Shown here: piece by piece, positions 1 through 8,562 of the stretch | How positions within the stretch are numbered: the first letter of the stretch is position 1 | Layout: each line of letters begins with the position of its first letter | Source: Krischvirus LF73P4 | Length of the DNA: 64,000 nt | Reading direction: 5' to 3' (one strand) | Sequence record: OZ035795.1 | Program-made: the position numbers and the translations under genes | Notes under the pieces: generated by a model | Told to the model about the DNA's origin: nothing | The model's database searches: none | The model's input: only the letters and a program-made list of their open reading frames with translations

Positions 1-168
1 GCGACCACTCAGTTTGTAGAGGAAAACTCTATCGAATATGGTCACTATCAGAAATATATTCCGGTGTCCATTATTGACAAGATCACACAAGAATGTATAG
101 TAAATAGAACGCTCAGGAAGGGAGTGATCGACGAACCGACCAACACTCTCGATATTTAAGGGGTATGT

Positions 169-849
169 ATGATCAGAAACCGTCTTCCTCCAGATCCAGA
201 TATGCGAATTAATGCTAAATCTGTGTATATGTTATATTGCATGATGAAAGCTCACATGAACGGGCGTTATGATTGCGTAAAATACAATTGGAGGATGCGG
301 TTGTCTGATGCCGCATTCAATAAACGCAGAGATAAGTATTATTTCGCAAAATTAGCGGAAAAGTACAATCTAAGAGAATTATACTTCCTATTCCTAAGCA
401 ATCTGGTAGCTAATACCGATGCATGGGTAGGTGAAATCACTGATGTTGACGCATACGGCTTTTATATGGAATACATAGGAAAGATAACCGATGCAGCAAC
501 ACGATTTGACGATGACATTAAAAGTCTGGTATACTTCTCCGAGAAACGCGGGGTTACTCTTAAAGAGCTAATTACATACAATCCCACAACCGAAACAAGC
601 GGTATCTTTAAACTACTGCAAAATCGGATTATATCGTTTGAGTCGTTTATGTTGTTAGATAGCTTTCTAAATATAATCGACGAACACGACAAGGTAGCCA
701 AAGACTTGATTTGGCAAACTTATAGTGTTAAAATGAAGGCGTACAAGAAACTACTTGTTATTGACGCCGCAAAAGCAAGAGCATTATTTGTTAAAGTAGT
801 TAAAGAGTGTAAAGAAATATCTCAATTAAAAGCCGAAACAAATAGTTGA
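169..849 (+). CDS. 59: helicase-loading protein gp59
   Basis: 226 aa; near-collinear with T4 gp59 (KSVYxLY, HMNGxYD, IKYNW, RRDKYxFxKL, LVANxDAW, FKLLQxxIISFExFxLLDSFLNIID); directly upstream of gene 32 as in T4. Confidence 0.85.
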   Translation: MIRNRLPPDPDMRINAKSVYMLYCMMKAHMNGRYDCVKYNWRMRLSDAAFNKRRDKYYFAKLAEKYNLRELYFLFLSNLVANTDAWVGEITDVDAYGFYMEYIGKITDAATRFDDDIKSLVYFSEKRGVTLKELITYNPTTETSGIFKLLQNRIISFESFMLLDSFLNIIDEHDKVAKDLIWQTYSVKMKAYKKLLVIDAAKARALFVKVVKECKEISQLKAETNS

Positions 850-873
850 CAAGTAAATTTAAATCTGTATAAT
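846..873 (+). promoter_or_regulatory. sigma70-like early promoter (TTGACA-16-TATAAT) upstream of gene 32
   Basis: TTGACA at 846-851, TATAAT at 868-873, followed by AAGAAGGA Shine-Dalgarno and start at 910. Confidence 0.6.
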
Positions 874-909
874 AGTCTAGTAAATTAATCAAAAGAAGGA
901 ATAGTGAAT

Positions 910-1878
910 ATGTTTAAACGCCAAGATTCTTCCAAACTGCAAGCTCAACTGGCCTCACTGAAAGGTGGCAACGGTTTCTCCAAAGAAGATCCGAAAGAGT
1001 GGAAGATTAAGACTGATGCAGCAGGTAACGGTGAAGCCCTGATTCGCTTCCTGCCGTCTAAGACAGAAGACGGTCTGCCGATTGTGAAACTGGTAAACCA
1101 TTCCTTCAAAGTTAATGGCAAATGGTATTGGGAAAACTGCTCCAGCACCCACGGTGATTTTGATTCTTGCCCTGTGTGCAAATATATTAACGAAAAAGAC
1201 CTGTACAATACCGATAAAACCGAATGGCAACTGATTAAGCGTAAAGCGTCTTACTACGCAAACATTCTGGTACTGAAAGATCCTCAAGCACCAGAAAATG
1301 AAGGTAAGGTATTCAAATTCCGCTTCGGTCAGAAAATTTATGATAAGATCGTTGCAATGGTGAACGTGAATACCGATATGGGCGAAGTTCCGGTAGATGT
1401 AACTTGTGTGTTCTCCGGTGCTAACTTCCTCCTGAAAGCTAAGAAGGTTGATAAACACCAGAACTATGATGATTCTCGTTTCATGCAGCAATCACAGCTT
1501 CCGAAAATTGAAGACGAAGCATATCAGAAATATCTGATGGAAAACATGGTTGATCTGGGTGAGATTGTAGCGCCTAGCCAGTTTAAACCGTTCGATGAAC
1601 TGGAAACCAAATTTAAGAAAACTATGGGCGTTTCTATGGTAGCTGGTGCTGCGGCTTCCAGTGCTGCGGCAGCGATTAACAGTCAGCTTGACGATTTTGA
1701 CGCACAGATGAATGCATTCGACTCTGGTATTACCGCAGCTAGCACTGTAGTTGGTATTAACGCAGCTAGCACGGCGTTAGATTCTTCCGCTGATGACCTG
1801 ATGGCATCGCTGGATCTGGGTGGCGGTACTTCCTCCGCTTCTGATCTGGATGACCTGGACTCACTTCTGAATCTGTAA
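910..1878 (+). CDS. 32: single-stranded DNA-binding protein gp32
   Basis: ATG at 910 (track ORF opens with GTG at 904); LIRFLPSK, FKxNGKWY, zinc site STHGDxDSCPVC, [25 protein letters not shown], Ser/Asp-rich acidic C-terminal tail; collinear with T4 gp32. Confidence 0.95.
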   Translation: MFKRQDSSKLQAQLASLKGGNGFSKEDPKEWKIKTDAAGNGEALIRFLPSKTEDGLPIVKLVNHSFKVNGKWYWENCSSTHGDFDSCPVCKYINEKDLYNTDKTEWQLIKRKASYYANILVLKDPQAPENEGKVFKFRFGQKIYDKIVAMVNVNTDMGEVPVDVTCVFSGANFLLKAKKVDKHQNYDDSRFMQQSQLPKIEDEAYQKYLMENMVDLGEIVAPSQFKPFDELETKFKKTMGVSMVAGAAASSAAAAINSQLDDFDAQMNAFDSGITAASTVVGINAASTALDSSADDLMASLDLGGGTSSASDLDDLDSLLNL

Positions 1879-1887
1879 TGAATTTTT

Positions 1888-1914
1888 AAAGCCTTCCTTC
1901 GGGGAGGCTTTTTA
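1888..1914 (+). terminator. rho-independent terminator after gene 32
   Basis: GC stem GCCTTCC/GGGAGGC with TTCG loop followed by T-run. Confidence 0.6.
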
Positions 1915-1940
1915 TTGCCTAAAATTTTATGAAAAAGGTG

Positions 1941-1968
1941 TTGACATGCTGATGTGGTAATGTATAAT
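1941..1968 (+). promoter_or_regulatory. sigma70-like early promoter
   Basis: TTGACA 1941-1946, TATAAT 1963-1968, then conserved leader ACACATCGAAAC...GAGAGGATTATATTATG. Confidence 0.6.
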
Positions 1969-1999
1969 ACACACATCGAAACAAAGAGAGGATTATATT

Positions 2000-2329
2000 A
2001 TGTGGACTGTAGAACAAATCGTAAACGACTCAACCGAAATTATCTCATGCGGCACTATTGAAGAATGTCTTAAAGCCGCTAACCGTGAATGTATTACGGT
2101 TTATGAATCACGTCGCGGTGATGGCAGCTTGATTCAAAGCGATTACCGCTACACCGCAAATAAAATTATCTTCCGTTTCTGGGAAAATGGTGTTAATGTT
2201 GGTGTCAGCCTACTGAAAATGTGGCGTGATTATTCCGAACGCTATTATGTTTCTCCTGATGTTGGTAATGAGTTTAAAACCGAGATCACAGAAGAAAACG
2301 TTAACGAAAACTATCTCAAGCTGGTTTGA
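2000..2329 (+). CDS. hypothetical protein
   Basis: 109 aa ORF, ATG preceded by conserved GAGGATTATATT initiation module and promoter; no recognised motif. Confidence 0.5.
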   Translation: MWTVEQIVNDSTEIISCGTIEECLKAANRECITVYESRRGDGSLIQSDYRYTANKIIFRFWENGVNVGVSLLKMWRDYSERYYVSPDVGNEFKTEITEENVNENYLKLV

Positions 2330-2344
2330 TAGGAGATTTATATT

Positions 2345-2926
2345 ATGATTCAATGTGTATTTGCGATTGGTGACACTAAAATGTCGGATGAAAATTGGGC
2401 TTTTGGTTTTAAAGGCGGTTTACCGTGGGGTCGTCCAATCAAAAAGGACATGGAAAACTTTAAAATGCGCACTATGGGAGATGTTGATCTTGCGGCGGTT
2501 GTAATGGGACGCAATACCTTTGAAAGTCTTCCTAAAGCACTGGAAGGTCGTGTGAATGTGGTTGTTAGTACCGATACCAGTAAGCCAGCACCGAAAGCAA
2601 AAAACGGCGAACAACCTGATGTGTATACCGCGATTACTAATGATGGTGGATTGAAGGAATTATTAGAAGTCATAGAGAAATTGCAAGGTTTGGTAAGCGT
2701 TATCGGCGGACCTTCCCTGATTGAAAAAGCGGTTGACTTTGCGGACCGTATTGTGTTAACGTATGTTCAACGTTCAGGGGTCAACGATCCATTTGAATAT
2801 GATGTTGGTATCTCTAAGGAAATGATTCAGGAATTATATTTTGATTTTGCAACAAAAGAAGAACATAATTACTTCCTTGATGATTACCTGATCAGCGAAC
2901 AAATTTTAGAACGTAAGAAGGCGTAA
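2345..2926 (+). CDS. frd: dihydrofolate reductase
   Basis: 193 aa; DHFR signatures (GxGLPWG, VVMGRNTFESLP, VIGGxxL) and T4 frd position between 32 and td. Confidence 0.9.
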   Translation: MIQCVFAIGDTKMSDENWAFGFKGGLPWGRPIKKDMENFKMRTMGDVDLAAVVMGRNTFESLPKALEGRVNVVVSTDTSKPAPKAKNGEQPDVYTAITNDGGLKELLEVIEKLQGLVSVIGGPSLIEKAVDFADRIVLTYVQRSGVNDPFEYDVGISKEMIQELYFDFATKEEHNYFLDDYLISEQILERKKA

Positions 2927-2927
2927 C

Positions 2928-3020
2928 ATGAAAATTCTGACAGATTATGAGTGCAAACATTGTGGTGAATCTTTGATGTTTGCTGGTAGTCGGTGTTTAC
3001 ATTGTGGACGGGAACAATAA
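2928..3020 (+). CDS. small zinc-ribbon protein (30 aa)
   Basis: CxxC...CxxC in 30 aa; start overlaps frd stop; below the ORF-track size cut-off. Confidence 0.3.
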   Translation: MKILTDYECKHCGESLMFAGSRCLHCGREQ

Positions 3021-3289
3021 TGAAAATAACCATTATTCAATTATGGTCAGCTACCAGTGAAAACTACGCAGTAGCCGTAGATTATTACGGGTTACAATAT
3101 CTCTATGATGAAGCTAAAGCGTCATGGCTTCCAGTACAGGAAAATAGCGACATTTCAAGACCTGTTACTGTATTCGATCCGGGCGTTGTCTTTATCGATA
3201 TTGACGAGACAGTAGCAAAACTGCGTAAGAAAGCAATCAATAAGAAAAAGGTGAAGTGGGATGAAAGAATATTTGAAACTGTTGCGTGA
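3020..3289 (+). CDS. hypothetical protein
   Basis: 89 aa from internal ATG of track ORF 2993-3289; overlaps td start by 29 nt. Confidence 0.35.
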   Translation: MKITIIQLWSATSENYAVAVDYYGLQYLYDEAKASWLPVQENSDISRPVTVFDPGVVFIDIDETVAKLRKKAINKKKVKWDERIFETVA

Positions 3290-4484
3290 TGTTCTTGATA
3301 ATGGTTGGCCTCGTGAAGACCGCACGGGGGTAGGTACGCTCTCTAAATTCGGCGCAGAGATGCGAATTGATTTAAGCAAGGGTTTCCCCTTACTGACCAC
3401 TAAAAAGATGGCTACAGCCTCTGTAATTGGCGAATTGCTATGGTTTATGGAGGGATCACTTGACCGCCGTCGTTTACAGGAAATTACACGCGGTAAGTTT
3501 GACGAAGAAGCCTTCGACATTTGGCGCGGTAACTGTCTTGATATGAAAGAAAAGAATCCTTTGCGATTCAATGGTTATAATGTCGGTAATATGTATGGTA
3601 TGGCATGGCGACGCAAACCGATTCATCCACACGGTGAAATCAAAATTAAGCGCGTTAAGAGCAAATATACACATACATTTAAGCACCCGTGGGTAGAAGA
3701 CTTTACGCCAACTAACGACACAGAAGACCGTTTATGTGCTATCTGGCGTGGTATGCGTTATGAAGAGTTTGATTATATTCTGGTAGCAGACCACTGGAAG
3801 ACTCAATCTAATTTTGTTAATGATGCATATTGCTTGTGGGGATTCCAGGAATGGGTAGATGATGGTTATTTCGGTTATCTGCTTGATAATGAATATCTGG
3901 GCGGTGACATTTTAGCACCGGATACCACGATCTTTGTTAGTATGGACGTAGACACATCAAGCCCTAAAGACGATGAAGAATATGTCTATCGCCAGAAGAT
4001 CTGGGAAGACCAGTTACAAAAAGTTATTGACATGATCAAGAATGATCCATATAGTCGTCGTATTATCATTGATTCATGGAACGTACAGGAAACGCATAAT
4101 GCTGTGTTAGGTGTATGTCATCCGATGGTACAGTTTTATGTTTCCAACGACAACAAATTGAGTTGTTTATTTTTCATGCGTTCGAATGATCTCTTTTTAG
4201 GGAATCCGTTCAACGTAGCGAGCTATGCACTGTTAACGCATATCATCGCGAAGATTTGCGGGTTAGAAGTTGGCGAACTGGTTTATCAGTGTGGGGATTG
4301 CCACATTTACAAAAACCATTTTGATCAAGTTATGGAACAGTTAAGCCGTGTTCCGTTTGATAAACCAACAATTGAGTTGCCGGAATTTAAATCTTTAGAT
4401 GAGGTATTGACAAAGACTCCGAAAGACTTTAAAATTCACAACTATCAAAGCCATCCAGCAATCACCGCTCAAATGGCAGTATAA
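3261..4484 (+). CDS. td: thymidylate synthase with large internal insertion, intron-less
   Basis: 407 aa; TS signatures DRTGVGT, GFPLLTTKK, catalytic-Cys region VLGVCHPMVQFYV, FLGNPFNVASYALLTHIIA, DCHIYKNH; ~120-130 extra residues relative to T4 Td between the WRR and DPYSRRII segments. Confidence 0.9.
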   Translation: MKEYLKLLRDVLDNGWPREDRTGVGTLSKFGAEMRIDLSKGFPLLTTKKMATASVIGELLWFMEGSLDRRRLQEITRGKFDEEAFDIWRGNCLDMKEKNPLRFNGYNVGNMYGMAWRRKPIHPHGEIKIKRVKSKYTHTFKHPWVEDFTPTNDTEDRLCAIWRGMRYEEFDYILVADHWKTQSNFVNDAYCLWGFQEWVDDGYFGYLLDNEYLGGDILAPDTTIFVSMDVDTSSPKDDEEYVYRQKIWEDQLQKVIDMIKNDPYSRRIIIDSWNVQETHNAVLGVCHPMVQFYVSNDNKLSCLFFMRSNDLFLGNPFNVASYALLTHIIAKICGLEVGELVYQCGDCHIYKNHFDQVMEQLSRVPFDKPTIELPEFKSLDEVLTKTPKDFKIHNYQSHPAITAQMAV

Positions 4485-4490
4485 ACAAAT

Positions 4491-4508
4491 GCGGGGAGAA
4501 ATCCCCGC
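4491..4508 (+). repeat. GCGGGGA-GAAA-TCCCCGC hairpin (promoter-less copy of the PeSL stem-loop)
   Basis: same stem-loop as in the promoter repeats at 7093-7109, 7986-8002, 36353-36369; no T-run; lies just upstream of the ribosome-binding site of the 4521 ORF. Confidence 0.6.
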
Positions 4509-4520
4509 TAGGAGTATCAA

Positions 4521-4838
4521 ATGAAAATATGCCGCGTTGTAAACAAGTACAATAGCGATTTTGATGTTAACATTCAGCGTGGTACTATGTGGGGAAATCC
4601 ATACACCGCCAAAGAATACGGACGCGAGAAAGCTATTGCATTATACAAAGAGTGGTTGTATAATAAGATTCGAAATGGTGAGATAACACGAGCGCATTTA
4701 GAAGTATTAAGACATATGCGCTTAGGTTGTACTTGTTACCCTAAGAAATGCCACGGTGAAGTATTGGCGGATCTCGTTAATAGAGTTTTCGGCGATACTC
4801 CAGAAAATACGCTTGATATATTAAGTGAGGTAATATGA
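4521..4838 (+). CDS. DUF4326-like protein
   Basis: 105 aa; MWGNPY ... CxCxPxxCHGEVL pattern as remembered for DUF4326 family proteins. Confidence 0.4.
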   Translation: MKICRVVNKYNSDFDVNIQRGTMWGNPYTAKEYGREKAIALYKEWLYNKIRNGEITRAHLEVLRHMRLGCTCYPKKCHGEVLADLVNRVFGDTPENTLDILSEVI

Positions 4839-7078
4839 TTAAAAATGTTGTTAAGTCTTCCGGTCTGACTGTTCCGTTTGAAAAAGAAAAAGTAATGAAA
4901 ATTCTGGAAGCGGCAGCCGAAGGTCATAACGTTGATCCATATGAATTGTTTGATATGGTTGAACCACTTCTGACAGAAGGTATGTCTACCAATGATATCC
5001 AGAAAGTATTGATTAAGGTCGCCGCAGATAACATCACGGTAGAAACTCCTGATTATCAATATGTAGCAAGTAACCTTGCAATGTTCGCGCTTCGCAAATC
5101 AGTATACGGTCAATTCCAACCGATTGATTTTTACAGCCATATTGAGCGTAATATTGCAACCGGAAAATATGATCGCGAAATTCTGCAAAAATATTCCCGT
5201 GAAGAAGTGGAATATCTGGAGAAATTCATCGACCATAAACTTGATTTTAAAATGACCTATGCTGGTGCGATGCAGTTAAAAGAGAAATATCTTGTTCAAG
5301 ATCGCAGCACCAAGAAAATCATCGAAACACCGCAATTTGCGTATATGCTGATCGGTATGTGCTTGCATCAAGAAGAGACAGAAAATCGACTTGAACATGT
5401 GATTGATTTTTATAATGCGGTTGCGAATAAGCAAATCTCTCTGCCTACTCCGATTATGGCAGGTGTGCGTACCCCAACACGCCAATTTAGTTCGTGTGTG
5501 GTGATTGAAAGTGATGACTCATTGCAGGGTATTAATGAAACCGCAAATGCAATCATCAAGTATATTAGCAAGCGTGCTGGTATCGGTATCAACGCTGGCA
5601 TGATTCGCGCGGAAGGATCTAAGATCGGGCATGGTGAAGTTCGTCATACTGGAGTTATCCCATTCTGGAAACATTTTCAGACTGCCGTTAAGTCATGCTC
5701 ACAAGGCGGTATTCGTGGCGGGGCAGCGACACTCTATTACCCAATGTGGCATTTAGAGTTTGAAAGTCTGATTGTGTTAAAGAACAATAAGGGCGTGGAA
5801 GATAACCGCATTCGTCATCTTGATTACGGCGTACAGATTAATAACCTGATGGTAGAGCGATTCCTTAAACGGGATTACATTACTCTGTTTAGTCCAGATG
5901 TTGCGGGTGGCTTGTTGTGGGATCTGTACTTCCGAGACGAGGAAGGTTTCCGCCAACTTTACGAAAAACTGGAAAAAGATCCGAGTGTTCGTAAAACTCG
6001 TGTTAAAGCCGAAGACCTGTTTTTAGCGGTGGCAATTGAACGTTTTAACACTGGTCGAATCTACCCAACGTTCACAGACAACATGAACAATCACGGGGCG
6101 TTTATTCGTAATGTAGCACCGATTAAACAATCTAACCTGTGTTGTGAAATTGCACTGCCTACTAAACCGATGGGTCGTGATGATTCAGAGATCAGCCTAT
6201 GCACTTTGGCAGCATATGTTTTAGGTAATTTCGATATCGAAAACATGGAAGAAGTAGAACGCATTGCTATGGTTATGGTGCGTGCACTTGACAACCTGTT
6301 AGATTATCAGGATTATCCTGTAGAACAAGCTCTGACAGCAAAAAAACGTCGCTCTCTGGGCGTTGGTGTTACTAACTTTGCATCATATCTCGCGGATAAT
6401 TTCTTCACATATGAAGACGCTAACGAGTTTACGCATAAAACGTTTGAACGCTTGCAATATGCTCTGATTAAGGCTAGTGTGCAACTCGCAAAAGAGAAGG
6501 GTGCTTGCGAACTGATGCACGAAACACGCTACGGTCGCGGTGAACTTCCTATCGACTGGTACAAAAAGACAGTAGATGAACTGGTTGATCCGGTGTATGA
6601 GATGGATTGGGAAGAACTGCGCGAAGACCTGAAAAAATATGGCATTCGTAACAGTACGCTTTCGGCTCTGATGCCTTGTGAGTCGTCTTCTCAGGTATCT
6701 AACAGCACAAACGGTATTGAACCGCCTCGCGGGATTGTATCGGTTAAAGGATCGAAAGAAGGGCAATTTAATCAGGTTATTCCGAACGTAGAGAATAATG
6801 CTGATGTTATTGACCTGCTTTGGACACTGATCAAGAAAGGTAACAAGCCTTATCTGACACTTGCAGCGATCATGCAGAAGTTTGTAGACCAGGCGATTAG
6901 TTCCAACACATCCTACGATCCAAGCACTTATAAGACTGGTAAAGTCGATATTGCTGATGTGTTAGATGATATGTTGTTCGCTCAACATTACGGTCTGAAA
7001 ACCCTGTATTATGCGAACGTTCGCGACGGTGCAGATGGTACGGAAGACGCTAGCGAGTGTTCATCCTGTAAGCTGTAA
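4835..7078 (+). CDS. nrdA: aerobic ribonucleotide reductase large subunit
   Basis: 747 aa; N-terminal ATP-cone, class I RNR active-site region (NLCCEI, PCESSS), C-terminal CxxC tail; T4 order td-nrdA-nrdB. Confidence 0.95.
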   Translation: MIKNVVKSSGLTVPFEKEKVMKILEAAAEGHNVDPYELFDMVEPLLTEGMSTNDIQKVLIKVAADNITVETPDYQYVASNLAMFALRKSVYGQFQPIDFYSHIERNIATGKYDREILQKYSREEVEYLEKFIDHKLDFKMTYAGAMQLKEKYLVQDRSTKKIIETPQFAYMLIGMCLHQEETENRLEHVIDFYNAVANKQISLPTPIMAGVRTPTRQFSSCVVIESDDSLQGINETANAIIKYISKRAGIGINAGMIRAEGSKIGHGEVRHTGVIPFWKHFQTAVKSCSQGGIRGGAATLYYPMWHLEFESLIVLKNNKGVEDNRIRHLDYGVQINNLMVERFLKRDYITLFSPDVAGGLLWDLYFRDEEGFRQLYEKLEKDPSVRKTRVKAEDLFLAVAIERFNTGRIYPTFTDNMNNHGAFIRNVAPIKQSNLCCEIALPTKPMGRDDSEISLCTLAAYVLGNFDIENMEEVERIAMVMVRALDNLLDYQDYPVEQALTAKKRRSLGVGVTNFASYLADNFFTYEDANEFTHKTFERLQYALIKASVQLAKEKGACELMHETRYGRGELPIDWYKKTVDELVDPVYEMDWEELREDLKKYGIRNSTLSALMPCESSSQVSNSTNGIEPPRGIVSVKGSKEGQFNQVIPNVENNADVIDLLWTLIKKGNKPYLTLAAIMQKFVDQAISSNTSYDPSTYKTGKVDIADVLDDMLFAQHYGLKTLYYANVRDGADGTEDASECSSCKL

Positions 7079-7086
7079 AATAACTG

Positions 7087-7115
7087 TTGACGCGGGGAGA
7101 AATCCCCGCTATAAT
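7087..7115 (+). promoter_or_regulatory. PeSL-type promoter copy A (TTGACG-17-TATAAT, hairpin in spacer)
   Basis: TTGACG 7087-7092; spacer CGGGGAGAAATCCCCGC is a perfect hairpin; TATAAT 7110-7115; 32-nt identity with copy at 7977-8008. Confidence 0.7.
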
Positions 7116-7133
7116 GTGAGGTGAATTGTAAGA

Positions 7134-7983
7134 ATGAATTATTACAATGAGTGGGATAAAGGCGCGGCTAACTGGTTACGTGAACTTATAGCAAACAAAT
7201 TAATTCCTTATGGGTATGTCGATGAAAGATCAATTACAGAAGTCACCCCTAGAGATCTGGAAGGATTTACACAATGTCACTTCTTCGCGGGGATTGGGGG
7301 GTGGTCAAGAGCATTGCAACTCGCTGGAGTACCAGAAACAACAAGGCTATGGGCCGGATCGCCACCATGTCAACCATTTTCAAGAGCCGGAAAGCAAAAA
7401 GGAAAGTTCGACGAAAGACACCTTGCACCGACATTTCTTAAACTCGTGTCAGCGTGCAAACCTCCAATGCTCTTTGGGGAACAGGTTGCAAAAGCTATCG
7501 AAACCGGGTGGTTGGATGATCTTCACGAGGAATTGGAAAGAGAAGGTTACAGTGTCGGGGCTGCGGTATTATCATGTGATATCGTCGGTGCGCCGCACAA
7601 GCGGGACAGACTTTTCTTCGGGGCTATTAACGAGTTGGCAAACACCTACTGTAACGAATATATCAGCAAGATCGCCGGGCAATGCAACGGAGAATGGAAG
7701 CGAGACTTGCAACGGGGAGGAAATCACTAGCGCCGGGAAATTTATCAGAACAAGTGAAGATGTATTACGGTTTTGGGACAGTGGAACAGAGTATCTATGC
7801 AGAGACGGGAAAAAACGAATTGTTGAACCCACGATTCCCTTGTTGGCTGATGGGGTATCCTCAACAATGGGACGATTGCGCGGTTATGGCAATGCGATAG
7901 TTCCTCAAGTCGGAGCACTTTTTATAGAAAGTTTTGTAGGTGCTTACATTGATGCTTGCGATGGATTGTCAAATAGCTGTTGA
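7134..7983 (+). pseudogene. disrupted DNA (cytosine-5)-methyltransferase (motifs spread over three frames)
   Basis: frame of 7134: FAGIGGW (motif I), PPCQPFS (IV), FGEQV (VI-like), HKRDRLFFG (VIII), stop at 7730; frame of 7682: NPRFPCWLMGYP (motif IX-like), stop at 7900; frame ending 7983: RLRGYGNAIVPQV (motif X). At least two frame changes are needed for a full-length enzyme. Confidence 0.7.
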
Positions 7984-8008
7984 CGCGGGGAGAAATCCCC
8001 GCTATAAT
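7980..8008 (+). promoter_or_regulatory. PeSL-type promoter copy B (identical to copy A)
   Basis: TTGACG 7980-7985 (overlaps the TGA stop of the methyltransferase frame), hairpin spacer, TATAAT 8003-8008. Confidence 0.7.
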
Positions 8009-8039
8009 ACAACCATCAAAAACAAGTGAGGATTTTATT

Positions 8040-8207
8040 ATGACCAAATTAAAATGTGTTGCTGTAGATTTTGAACTAGCTGATAGCTTTGTTGTTGGTG
8101 ATGAATATGATGCTCGACATGATGGGACTTGCTACTACGTCGAGGATGAATACGGTGTAGAATGGGCGATTCTTCCTGATGATAAATGTTTTGAGGTTGT
8201 CGGATAA
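8040..8207 (+). CDS. hypothetical protein
   Basis: 55 aa from ATG after GTGAGGATTTTATT initiation module; acidic. Confidence 0.4.
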   Translation: MTKLKCVAVDFELADSFVVGDEYDARHDGTCYYVEDEYGVEWAILPDDKCFEVVG

Positions 8208-8380
8208 TGGCTACTGTATGGTTATTGATTGCAATAAGCAATTCAATGTATAATTACGGAAATATGTCAAGCATTGAGTTTGCAACAAAGCAGGATTGCG
8301 TTAAAGCTCGCGAGATTATCCGCGAAGACAATAAACGCTTTATGAATCTATATTGCGTTGAAAAACAAAAGGTGAACTAA
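8207..8380 (+). CDS. small protein, tandem paralogue 1 (MATVWLLIAIS...)
   Basis: 57 aa; hydrophobic N-terminus; start overlaps previous stop (TAATG); similar to the next ORF. Confidence 0.4.
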   Translation: MATVWLLIAISNSMYNYGNMSSIEFATKQDCVKAREIIREDNKRFMNLYCVEKQKVN

Positions 8381-8547
8381 TGGCTACATTATGGTTATTG
8401 CTTTCCGTTAGCGTAGGCGTATATAATAAAGGAACTGTTACCAGCGTAGAGTTTTCATCATATCAAAATTGTTTTGAAGCTGTGCAGGAATTGCAGCAGG
8501 ATAGCGAAATAAACAGAAATACTAAGTTCTTTTGTGTTAAAAAGTGA
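8380..8547 (+). CDS. small protein, tandem paralogue 2 (MATLWLLLSVS...)
   Basis: 55 aa; same architecture as 8207-8380; start overlaps previous stop. Confidence 0.4.
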   Translation: MATLWLLLSVSVGVYNKGTVTSVEFSSYQNCFEAVQELQQDSEINRNTKFFCVKK

Positions 8548-8562
8548 TAGTGAGGTGAATTA

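Noticed and set aside
955-1491. 178 aa ORF on the minus strand inside gene 32 (and similar minus-strand ORFs such as 6383-6766 in nrdA, 34326-34838 in gene 55, 63097-63444 in rIIB)
   Set aside because: All are antisense to strongly conserved + strand genes, lack ribosome-binding sites, and have low-complexity or odd composition; most likely chance ORFs.
3261-4484. Intein or group I intron in td (and introns in nrdB 8563-9726 and nrdD 25880-27742, as in T4)
   Set aside because: All three ORFs are continuous; the td insertion lacks intein boundary residues (no N-terminal Cys/Ser, no terminal His-Asn) and no homing-endonuclease motif lies inside these genes.
7210-7983. Track ORFs 7210-7983 and 7682-7900 as independent genes
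   Set aside because: They are alternative frames of the same C5-methyltransferase remnant; only their C-terminal portions carry methyltransferase motifs.
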